The notes below the pieces were generated by a model. It saw only the letters and a program-made list of their open reading frames with translations, was not told where the DNA came from and did no database searches. Positions 1 through 7,967 of a stretch of DNA of 55,678 nt are shown piece after piece. The position numbers and the translations under genes were made by a program. Source of the stretch: Promethearchaeota archaeon Loki_b32 (GTDB lineage Archaea > Asgardarchaeota > Lokiarchaeia > Sigyniarchaeales > SOKP01). Position 1 is the first letter of the stretch, and every line of letters starts with the position of its first letter. The DNA lies in assembly GCA_005223125.1 (NCBI GenBank), contig NJBH01000025.1, forward strand, positions 1-55,678, given 5' to 3'.

Positions 1-15
1 ACTCAATGTGGATTA

Positions 16-923
16 GTGTTAGATACTAGTTTCAAAGAATCGGTATTTATTCATAACAATGAAAACGATAAAAATAATTTAAGCAAACAATTTGTAGCTC
101 TTGGGAAATGTCAGGATTTTGTAGGTGGCTTAGGTTCTTTTATGGATTATGAAAAATCCAAATATTTGAGAGACAGAAAGGGTAGACTTCTATCACCAAA
201 TGGACAAAAATTATATAGACGGTTAAAGAAAAATTATAACCAATTTTCACGGATTAAAAATCAAGAAACCGAAGATCGAATTTTTAATATCTTAGATAAA
301 ATTGCTGGTTATCTGAATCTTAACAAAAATATACGGAATAATGCTGCGTATTATTATAGAAAAATTTTAAAAAATGAAAAGAAGATTCTCAATAATATAT
401 CTTTAATAGGTTTTTGTATTTTCTTTGCTGTAAGGGAGGAATATCACAATGCCCCAATAACTATTAATGAAATCTCTAACGCATTCCAAAATTTCGGTCA
501 TCGCATTACTCCTCTTTTAATTCTGAGGGATGGAGTAAGATATAAGCATTATCTTAATAATAATTCTATTCCACATAAAAGTGAAGATTATCTCACCAGA
601 TTAGTAGACCAACTCATCAAGCATAAAGCTTTAAATGAACGATTACAGTATAAAGGTGTGTCTTGGTCATTAACGGAATACCAAAATAATATTATTCTGA
701 AATACTGTAAAATATTAAAAAAATTATCTTCGGAGCAAAGAGGGGGAGAAATCCCTTTTTCTTAACAGGAGCTGTTATATATCTTGCTGATTGGCTCTTG
801 GCAAAAGAATTTTTTCAAAAAGCAATACTAACTCAGAAAATTATATCTAAAGCTACAGAGATTGTGGAATACTCAATTAGAGACCATTATGTGAATTTAT
901 TAAAACCTATATTTATAAAATAA
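16..923 (+). CDS. Transcription initiation factor IIB (TFB)-like cyclin-repeat protein, frameshifted at a G5 run (742-746); the 5' end may lie outside the window
   Basis: ORF 16..765 contains the first cyclin repeat (LDKIAGYLNLNKNIRNNAAYYYRK...APITINEIS). Adding one G at 742-746 continues it as GGRNPFFLTGAVIYLAD...LTQKIISKATEIVEYSIRDHY, the TFB second-repeat motif, to TAA at 921-923. Confidence 0.7.
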
Positions 924-1172
924 TATTTTTTTAAAAAATTGAGTTTTTCTAATATTACTGACAATGACATTTAAAATTATTGATAATATAATATTTTTTT
1001 CAATATTATTGACAATGGTGGTGAGTGAACTCTAATTAATAGATGGAACTTTTTTATGTGACTCTTCTTATTACATTAGTATTTTATAATTTAATGAGAA
1101 AATCATTCTACTCTTTATTGAATAATCAATACTTTTAAATATTTTATTTACATTATTTATTATGAGAAGATA

Positions 1173-1209
1173 ATGATGAGGATGGAGCCCACCGGTTTCT
1201 ACTCATCAC
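1173..1209 (-). ncRNA. Candidate structured RNA directly downstream of the DUF3800 gene
   Basis: Minus-strand stem GTGATGAG...CTCATCAT encloses a GC-rich 21-nt loop, 6 nt after the stop codon, in very AT-rich surroundings. Confidence 0.4.
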
Positions 1210-1215
1210 TCGAAT

Positions 1216-1977
1216 TTATTCCTCAATACTTATATTGGGGAATATCTTCAAACCTTTACCTATAAAAGATGGATGTCCTGAAAATTTTTTAGAAACATAT
1301 TCATTAAATATTTCTATTGTATTTAATTCTTCACCGTGTTCATTATATATCTTCTTCTCCAAGTATCTTTTCACATTATATGCTGTAAAATCAGATAATT
1401 GAACACCTTCACTTAATCTTGAATCAATAAAATAGATTGCTGGAAGAACTCTTTTAAATTTTATTTTTGTACTTTGCAAGATGATATCTTTGACTAATTC
1501 TTTTATTCTCATGTCCTTTTTTAAGTCTTCTGTATCTCTTATAATAATACCCATTGTTTGGTATTCATCCCGTAAAGTCATTTCAATCCTTTCAAGTAGC
1601 ATTGTATAATTCCAATATTTAATATTGTCCTGTTGAGTGACTTTATCTTTTAAAATGGCAACAGAGATGACTTTAAATTGAGTATTAGAATATACATTTA
1701 TCATTATTGAACGATATAATTCTATTGCATAATTAAAATCTAACTTCTTTCCTAAACTAGTCATACCTTTCTCTTGGCTAAATAAATTTGATGCGTGAAG
1801 TTCAAAATTCGAGCTTTTTAAATTATACTTGCTAGCAATTCTTTCTTTCTCTTTGAAGATATTTAGATAAAAATTCAAAAAGTCTTCTTCTTTAAGTAAA
1901 ATGGCATTAAGAAGGTAAATATTAGTCCCATCAGTATAATCTATACTTCCTGATTCATCAATAAAAATTAAGACCAT
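1216..1977 (-). CDS. DUF3800 family protein (RNase H-like fold)
   Basis: N-terminal LIFIDESG, ELHAS, and C-terminal FIDSRLSEGVQLSDFTAY motifs. Confidence 0.85.
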   Translation of the reverse strand: MVLIFIDESGSIDYTDGTNIYLLNAILLKEEDFLNFYLNIFKEKERIASKYNLKSSNFELHASNLFSQEKGMTSLGKKLDFNYAIELYRSIMINVYSNTQFKVISVAILKDKVTQQDNIKYWNYTMLLERIEMTLRDEYQTMGIIIRDTEDLKKDMRIKELVKDIILQSTKIKFKRVLPAIYFIDSRLSEGVQLSDFTAYNVKRYLEKKIYNEHGEELNTIEIFNEYVSKKFSGHPSFIGKGLKIFPNISIEE

Positions 1978-2060
1978 ATAAAAATCTAATATTTATTGTA
2001 AATAAACATATAAGTAATTCTCTTTAAATGACCTAATTGTTTAAATAAAAATTAAAAAAA

Positions 2061-2246
2061 TTATTCTTCCTCACAAATTTGTCCCCATCTAAATGAATAT
2101 ATCCCTTTTTTTCCATTCTTAGTATTTTCTACTTTAAATTTCAATTTATTATCAAGTAAAGTTTTAACAGCTAAACTAGGGCGCTTTTCATCAATCAGTT
2201 CTTCCTTATTTAAATTACCAAGTTGTTTTATTTTGTATATTGGCAT
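2061..2246 (-). CDS. Small hypothetical protein
   Basis: 61-aa ORF co-oriented with the ParB cluster; no recognisable motif. Confidence 0.35.
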   Translation of the reverse strand: MPIYKIKQLGNLNKEELIDEKRPSLAVKTLLDNKLKFKVENTKNGKKGIYSFRWGQICEEE

Positions 2247-2280
2247 TTTATTTTTCCCTTTTTTGATTTAACTTTTTTTA

Positions 2281-3627
2281 TTATTTAGAATTTTCAATAC
2301 ATTTGTCTTTTTGAAATTCTTTAAGCTTTTCTATTTTGATATTTTTTTCTTCAATCTTTTTATATAAATCCTTATTTTCTTTTAATAACTCGTCAACAAT
2401 TTTCTGCTGTAATATATATTCTTGTGTCTTTTTTATATCAATTTGATTATTATCATCAAATTCTATTCTTAAACTATTTAAAAAATTTTTTAGATACTGA
2501 GGAAGACTTGAGTATCGATTCCAAGCTCTTTGAACAATTTCACTATATGAGAAATGTGTAGATGGAGTACCTTCAATACTAATAATTGGAGTTCCAGAAA
2601 CTTGAAGTACATTAATGGAATAATTTCCTCTTTTAAAAGAGATTTCTTTTATTTTTTTATTCTCTCCCTGTGCAGGTGCATGTATTAGAATAGAATGTTT
2701 TCCTGTTGATAAAAGCCATCTTTCTATTAATTCCTTTATGAATGTTTTAGTTGAGATAAATCTTGAGGCAACATATTCTACTATGGTTTGCTTCAAATTT
2801 GGATCTTTAAAAATAAAATCGCCAACATGTAAAATTCTATCTGTTTCATAACCTTTTTCAATTTTTTTTATAATTTCATGAGGATCTTTATCTGGATTCT
2901 GAGATATTCGCTCAATTGCTTTCAGAGCATCTCTACTATTCATTCCCAATACATCAACAGCTATCTCACAAATCGTATCGTGAGGAAATCCTTTAAGTTT
3001 CAATGCCATCGAATGTGTTATTTTAATTCCTAATTTTTTATGTCTTAATTTTATCATATTATCATATTTTTGCAATTTTTTCATTTCCTTTTCGCAAATA
3101 TTTCTCTCTTCTTTCATTAATGATAATACTGGTGAAGGAAGATCAAAAATATTTAAATATCGTAAAAGAACTTTCTCGTTAATAGGATTATCTTTTATAG
3201 TTCGCTTAATTGCTTCATGATGTGTCATACCAGATTCTATACAAGTATCATAAAAATTTTTATAATGTGTATAATTTTGAAAGTCAGTCCAAGGATTTAC
3301 TATACTTGCTTGTTTTGCCGCTTTTAACGCTTTAATATGATCTTTATAAACACGACAAGGAAATTTAGTTAAACCCGCTTGAAAACCTGCTTGGTATCTC
3401 TCCCAGCCATCAGATATCCAATACTTACCGTTATCATACCAAGTAATTAAAGACTTATCATGATCATATTTTTCCTTTATAGAATCAACTAATTCATCAC
3501 TAGGAATTTCTTGACGAGGATTCATTGGATCTAATTCTAAATCATTAATAGAAACATCTTTTATGATATAATCTGATGCTTCATGTTTCTTTACCATCCT
3601 TCTTTTTTTGCCTCTTTTTCTAACCAT
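2281..3627 (-). CDS. ParB/Srx N-terminal domain protein (degenerate GxRR motif)
   Basis: VSINDLELDPMNPRQ...ELVDSIKE...YWISDGWERYQA; likely start is MVKKHE, near 3597. Confidence 0.7.
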   Translation of the reverse strand: MVRKRGKKRRMVKKHEASDYIIKDVSINDLELDPMNPRQEIPSDELVDSIKEKYDHDKSLITWYDNGKYWISDGWERYQAGFQAGLTKFPCRVYKDHIKALKAAKQASIVNPWTDFQNYTHYKNFYDTCIESGMTHHEAIKRTIKDNPINEKVLLRYLNIFDLPSPVLSLMKEERNICEKEMKKLQKYDNMIKLRHKKLGIKITHSMALKLKGFPHDTICEIAVDVLGMNSRDALKAIERISQNPDKDPHEIIKKIEKGYETDRILHVGDFIFKDPNLKQTIVEYVASRFISTKTFIKELIERWLLSTGKHSILIHAPAQGENKKIKEISFKRGNYSINVLQVSGTPIISIEGTPSTHFSYSEIVQRAWNRYSSLPQYLKNFLNSLRIEFDDNNQIDIKKTQEYILQQKIVDELLKENKDLYKKIEEKNIKIEKLKEFQKDKCIENSK

Positions 3628-4604
3628 TGTATATATACTTGTCGAACTAATTGGGCGGTTTTCATATGTGCTCGACTTAAAGCGGTTCTATGCCAATAAT
3701 TATATTCAGAAGGAATTTTAAATGCAACAGAAGGAATATCACTCATTGTAGGAGTCTGAATATTATGTTCCTCTTTGACTTCTTTCATTACTATTTCAAA
3801 AGTTTTTTCTTTATCTTTAAGTTTATCTCGAATATCTCGTAAAATGATTTCCTGTTCTTTCCATGGTTTTTCTTTATCGAGAGAAAAATCTTGAATCATT
3901 TCAAAAATCTTATCAACTTTTTCTGATGGTGGGATTTCTCCAAGATGATCTGTTATTTTTTTTATAATTGAAAGTGTTTGAAAATTCATTTTAAAATCTG
4001 GTTTAATATCATATTGCTCAAGGATTAATCTTTCTGCATCAGTTCTTTCTTCTGGTTTTTTGATTAAAATTTGAAGCTCTTTTGGAAGTTTTTCTACCGT
4101 TAATATCTTATTTATATATGTAGTATTTCCTTTATAACATTTATCAGCTATCTCTTTTTTTGCATTTTTTTTTCTTTCTTCTTCTGTTCCTTCTGTATAT
4201 TTTTCATTTATTAATATCTCAAGCCAATTAAGAACTGAAATCATTTTTTGAGATTCAGTAAGATCTTTTCTTCCTATATTCTCACTAAAAGACATTGCTA
4301 TTGCATCAGGATCAGAAAGTTCTAATATCTTACATGGAACTTCACTATATCCTGCTCGAATTAAAGCATTGAATCTCCGCCATCCCGCTACAATAGCATA
4401 AGGTTTATCAGTATTTCCACCATATTTTTCACTATTTGTTGATCTGACGATTATATTATAAATTAATCCAATTCCTTTGATTGAATTTATCAATTCCTCA
4501 TCTTTTTCATCCTCTATCCATTCACCGCCTCTCGCTTGAGTAGTATCTATAGCAATATCATCAATGGAAATCATTTTTATTACATTTTTCTTTATTTCAT
4601 TCAT
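3591..4604 (-). CDS. ParB/RepB/Spo0J family protein with a C-terminal RHH-like segment
   Basis: ELINSIKGIGLIYNIIVR, AGWRRFNA and SENIGRKDL motifs; C-terminal VAFKIPSEY...TAQLVRQVYIQWL. Confidence 0.85.
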   Translation of the reverse strand: MNEIKKNVIKMISIDDIAIDTTQARGGEWIEDEKDEELINSIKGIGLIYNIIVRSTNSEKYGGNTDKPYAIVAGWRRFNALIRAGYSEVPCKILELSDPDAIAMSFSENIGRKDLTESQKMISVLNWLEILINEKYTEGTEEERKKNAKKEIADKCYKGNTTYINKILTVEKLPKELQILIKKPEERTDAERLILEQYDIKPDFKMNFQTLSIIKKITDHLGEIPPSEKVDKIFEMIQDFSLDKEKPWKEQEIILRDIRDKLKDKEKTFEIVMKEVKEEHNIQTPTMSDIPSVAFKIPSEYNYWHRTALSRAHMKTAQLVRQVYIQWLEKEAKKEGW

Positions 4605-4710
4605 TTTAAATCATTTTATATATTTAATATATTTAATATATTTTTAAATAAAAAAAAAGAGCGCTCCTAATAAAAAAGCTCTTATTAAAAGTAATTGTAT
4701 TCATAGATAT

Positions 4711-4995
4711 TTATTTATCGTTGGGTAACCAACCCATTGCAATATCTTTCCAGCTTACACCTTCAACATCAAAACTTCCTTTTCCACTTATGTCAGAATA
4801 AACGATCTCAGCAATAGTAGCATCTCCATTTTCAGGTAATCTCTCTCTAAGTCCCTTAATAGCCTCTGTTTTATCGGCATATAGATATAACTGTTCTATA
4901 TCTATTAATACCCAAAATTTTCTTACTTTTTTTGTTATTACTTTTCCTTTTTCTTCAACTTCAATTTCAGTTTCATTTACTTCCAAATAACTCAT
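4711..4995 (-). CDS. Hypothetical protein
   Basis: 94-aa ORF tightly coupled to the upstream gene, with a GGAGG SD-like motif. Confidence 0.65.
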   Translation of the reverse strand: MSYLEVNETEIEVEEKGKVITKKVRKFWVLIDIEQLYLYADKTEAIKGLRERLPENGDATIAEIVYSDISGKGSFDVEGVSWKDIAMGWLPNDK

Positions 4996-4996
4996 T

Positions 4997-5914
4997 TTAA
5001 CGACCTCCTATATTAAAGCCATCTAATTCCAATATATTTTCTTTTGTAATAAAGTATGTTTTTATGCAATCATATTTAGTAGGTAAATAATTCAGATAGA
5101 TATATTGAGCTACTTCTCTAGGTGCTTTTGGTGTTAAATCTTGCTTTGTATAACCTTTCCAATACATCGTACTCACTCGTCTTTCCATTCTTTTAGGTTC
5201 TTCTTTCTTTGTTCTCTCTATTAATTGGTGTAAATTAAGATTTCTTATTCCCCATTTACGGTAATAAACACCTAAATCTTTATTGAGTTCATGTATCCTA
5301 CTTCTAATATCTTTATTTTCTGCTTTTTCTGATATAAATGTCACTTCAAAAAGATTTGTCTTTGTTCCAGCTATTTTTTGAAGTTCATCATCTTCTATTG
5401 TAACTACTAAGAAATCAACAGGAATATCTGCATCGTACTCTATGTCTTTCTTTGTTGGATGTGGCTTCTTTGGCAATTTTTCATCTAAATAATCAATTAT
5501 TTCACCAATTTTACTGTTATCTAATGGATTTAAAACTGTTCCATCAATATCATGAACTCGTTTATAATTGATCTCTATTTCAGTACTACTTCCTGTATGA
5601 AAAGTAATGCCGTAATGTTTATCAACATCTAATTTCTCATCGGATTTTAGTCCACCTTTTCCTTTTAATATATAAATAGATTCCCTATAAAAATTTAGAA
5701 TCATTCTTAGACTTTGTGTTAAAATTGAAGGAATGAAAGCGACTATTTTTTCTTTTGTTATACTTGATTTTTTTGAATCGGTTTTTTCTTGTTCTGAATT
5801 TATTTCTCCATTTATAGTATTTTTTGCGATTTCCATTTTGTTCTTTTCTAATTCATGAATTTTTTGATCTAATTCTATTGCTTCTTTGTTTAATTTTTCT
5901 TGATTTTTACTCAT
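4997..5914 (-). CDS. Hypothetical protein (N-terminal coiled coil)
   Basis: Long ORF; ATG at 5914 (MSKNQEK) overlaps the end of the upstream RHH gene (ATGAGTAA). Confidence 0.7.
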   Translation of the reverse strand: MSKNQEKLNKEAIELDQKIHELEKNKMEIAKNTINGEINSEQEKTDSKKSSITKEKIVAFIPSILTQSLRMILNFYRESIYILKGKGGLKSDEKLDVDKHYGITFHTGSSTEIEINYKRVHDIDGTVLNPLDNSKIGEIIDYLDEKLPKKPHPTKKDIEYDADIPVDFLVVTIEDDELQKIAGTKTNLFEVTFISEKAENKDIRSRIHELNKDLGVYYRKWGIRNLNLHQLIERTKKEEPKRMERRVSTMYWKGYTKQDLTPKAPREVAQYIYLNYLPTKYDCIKTYFITKENILELDGFNIGGR

Positions 5915-6065
5915 CTTTTTTTTCACCACCTTGATTTATCCAATTTCTTATTGCTTCTTGAATTGCTTTATTTATATTGCCCCTTCTCAAACCAAAACGC
6001 TTAAAGATCTCTGTTCGGAAGCTCTCCTCTAAATCATCAGGTAAAGCAACACTTATTCTTCCCAT
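5907..6065 (-). CDS. Ribbon-helix-helix (CopG/MetJ-like) regulator, not in the ORF track
   Basis: Manual translation MGRISVALPDDLEESFRTEIFKRFGLRRGNINKAIQEAIRNWINQGGEKKDE*; first gene of the minus-strand operon. Confidence 0.8.
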   Translation of the reverse strand: MGRISVALPDDLEESFRTEIFKRFGLRRGNINKAIQEAIRNWINQGGEKKDE

Positions 6066-6147
6066 ATTCATTTCCATTTTTCAATCATTTTTTTTTTATT
6101 TTTCAATGATAATAAACACATAAACATTTAAAAAGTTTTGTGCCTAA

Positions 6148-6759
6148 ATGTTTATGCAACATATTATGAATTTTGAAAGAAATTTTAAAATTGAAATGGT
6201 TAAACCATTAGTCTTTAAAATTTATTCTAAATTGTCAAAAGAAACATTTGAAGTCATAAATTATATTACCGATTGGCATTGTAAATGTCCAGAGCACATT
6301 GAAACAAGTAGTGAATGTAAGCATATTAAGCTTATAAAATCATGGTTGGGTTTTAAAAAGAATAGTAGAATAGCACAAGAGAGTAAGTTTAAGTGTGATA
6401 AATTTGAATATAATTTGGATAATAATAATTTGATTAAACCACTTCCAACTCATCCCCCTCCTGATCCAAATGAAAGTTTAGGGAAATGGATTGAAAAGAT
6501 TGGCAATACCAATCTAATTGAATTTAACATTATAATGGATTATATTATGAATTATATTGATAAAATTGGATTTGAAAAAACACTTCATCTTTTAACCAGA
6601 TGTCCAATTGACAAAATAATTGATTTAGAAAATGAATTTAAAGATGGATTCTGGAAAAATCGTAAAGAATGTCCAATTAAAGGTTGCAAGTATATTAGTC
6701 ATAATAAAACTAATATTATTTATCATTTAGCAACTCGCCATCATTTAGAAGGAAAATAA
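6148..6759 (+). CDS. SWIM zinc finger + TniQ-like module + single C2H2 finger
   Basis: WHCKCPEH...ECKHI (SWIM); PLPTHPPPDPNESLGKWIEKIGNTN (TniQ N-terminal-like); CPIKGC-x12-HLATRH. Confidence 0.7.
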   Translation: MFMQHIMNFERNFKIEMVKPLVFKIYSKLSKETFEVINYITDWHCKCPEHIETSSECKHIKLIKSWLGFKKNSRIAQESKFKCDKFEYNLDNNNLIKPLPTHPPPDPNESLGKWIEKIGNTNLIEFNIIMDYIMNYIDKIGFEKTLHLLTRCPIDKIIDLENEFKDGFWKNRKECPIKGCKYISHNKTNIIYHLATRHHLEGK

Positions 6760-6761
6760 TT

Positions 6762-7967
6762 TTAAAGTTTATATTCTTCAAATAATATTTTATGTTTATT
6801 TATTATATGTCGCTTTAAATCCGATTTTTGCTTTGACTTATAATCACATAAGGAACATTTATACCAGATTACACCAATATCATGTTTATTTGCCAAATGT
6901 CTATTAAGATTTGATTTTAATTTAGACTTATAATCACATTTGGAACATTTATACCATTTAACACCAATATTATGCTTATTGGCTAAATGTTTGGTTAAAT
7001 TACTACTTATTTTTACCTTATATTCACAATGAGGACATTGATACCACTTAACATTTATATTATGTTTATTAGCTAAATGCTTATTTAAATCGCCTTTAAT
7101 TTTAGATTTATATTCACAATTGGGACAATGATACCATTTAACGCCAATGTCGTGCTTATTGGCTAAATGTTCTGTTAATACTTTCTTATATTTGGTTTTG
7201 AAGTCACAGTAATTACATTTATACATCTTTACATTAGGATTATGAAGATAATTAATATGTTCCTTTAATTTATGCTTTTGTTTTGCCTTATATTCACAAT
7301 GTGGACATTGAAACCATTTAACATTTATATTATGTTTTAATGCTAAATGTCTTTTTAAAGAAGTAGAATGTTTTGATTTATAATCACATTTGGAACATTT
7401 ATACCATTTAACACCAATATCATGAGTAAAAGCTAAATGTTGAGTTAGATTTGTAGATAATTTTGTTTTGTAATCACAGTGAGGACATTTATACCATTTT
7501 GAGTTAATATCATGAATATTTGCTAAATGAATTGCTAACGCTTGTTTCTCTTTTGCTTTATAAACACAATGAGGACATTTTTGCCATTCTATTCCAAGAT
7601 TATGAATTAAAGAAATATGACGAAACATTCCTGAATCGGATTTACTTTCATATTTACAACTTTCAATAGGACAAAGCTTTTTGTTTTTCCAAAAGTCTTT
7701 CTTAAATTTATTTTTTATTTTTGCATTAATCTCAATAGGAGATCTTGTTAAATAGCTTAAGCATTCTAAAAATCCTGCCTTTTCAGTATAATCAATTATA
7801 TGCTTTAACATGATTCCAAAACTGATTTTATTTTCTTTAGCTAACTTTTCAATCCATTTACCAATACTTTCATTTTGTATCGGTGGTGTTAAATTATACC
7901 CTAAATATAATATAACAATGAATCCATAAGGTAATTTAATTGTCATATTTTCAAAAAAATTACTCAA
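6762..7967 (-). CDS. TniQ-like module fused to ten tandem C2H2 zinc fingers
   Basis: PPIQNESIGKWIEKLAKEN, then ten fingers at 30-aa period: nine C-x2-C-x12-H-x4-H, and a first one with C-x4-C. The start codon is uncertain. Confidence 0.85.
   Translation of the reverse strand: MSNFFENMTIKLPYGFIVILYLGYNLTPPIQNESIGKWIEKLAKENKISFGIMLKHIIDYTEKAGFLECLSYLTRSPIEINAKIKNKFKKDFWKNKKLCPIESCKYESKSDSGMFRHISLIHNLGIEWQKCPHCVYKAKEKQALAIHLANIHDINSKWYKCPHCDYKTKLSTNLTQHLAFTHDIGVKWYKCSKCDYKSKHSTSLKRHLALKHNINVKWFQCPHCEYKAKQKHKLKEHINYLHNPNVKMYKCNYCDFKTKYKKVLTEHLANKHDIGVKWYHCPNCEYKSKIKGDLNKHLANKHNINVKWYQCPHCEYKVKISSNLTKHLANKHNIGVKWYKCSKCDYKSKLKSNLNRHLANKHDIGVIWYKCSLCDYKSKQKSDLKRHIINKHKILFEEYKL
6792..7673 (-). repeat. 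90-bp coding tandem repeat (zinc-finger minisatellite, about 10 units)
   Basis: Recurring blocks such as taatcacattggaacatttataccatttaacaccaatat and gctaaatg at 90-nt period. Confidence 0.9.

Noticed and set aside
6792-7673. CRISPR array
   Set aside because: The periodicity is 90 bp, in frame and protein-coding, with no invariant repeat/unique spacer structure and no cas genes.
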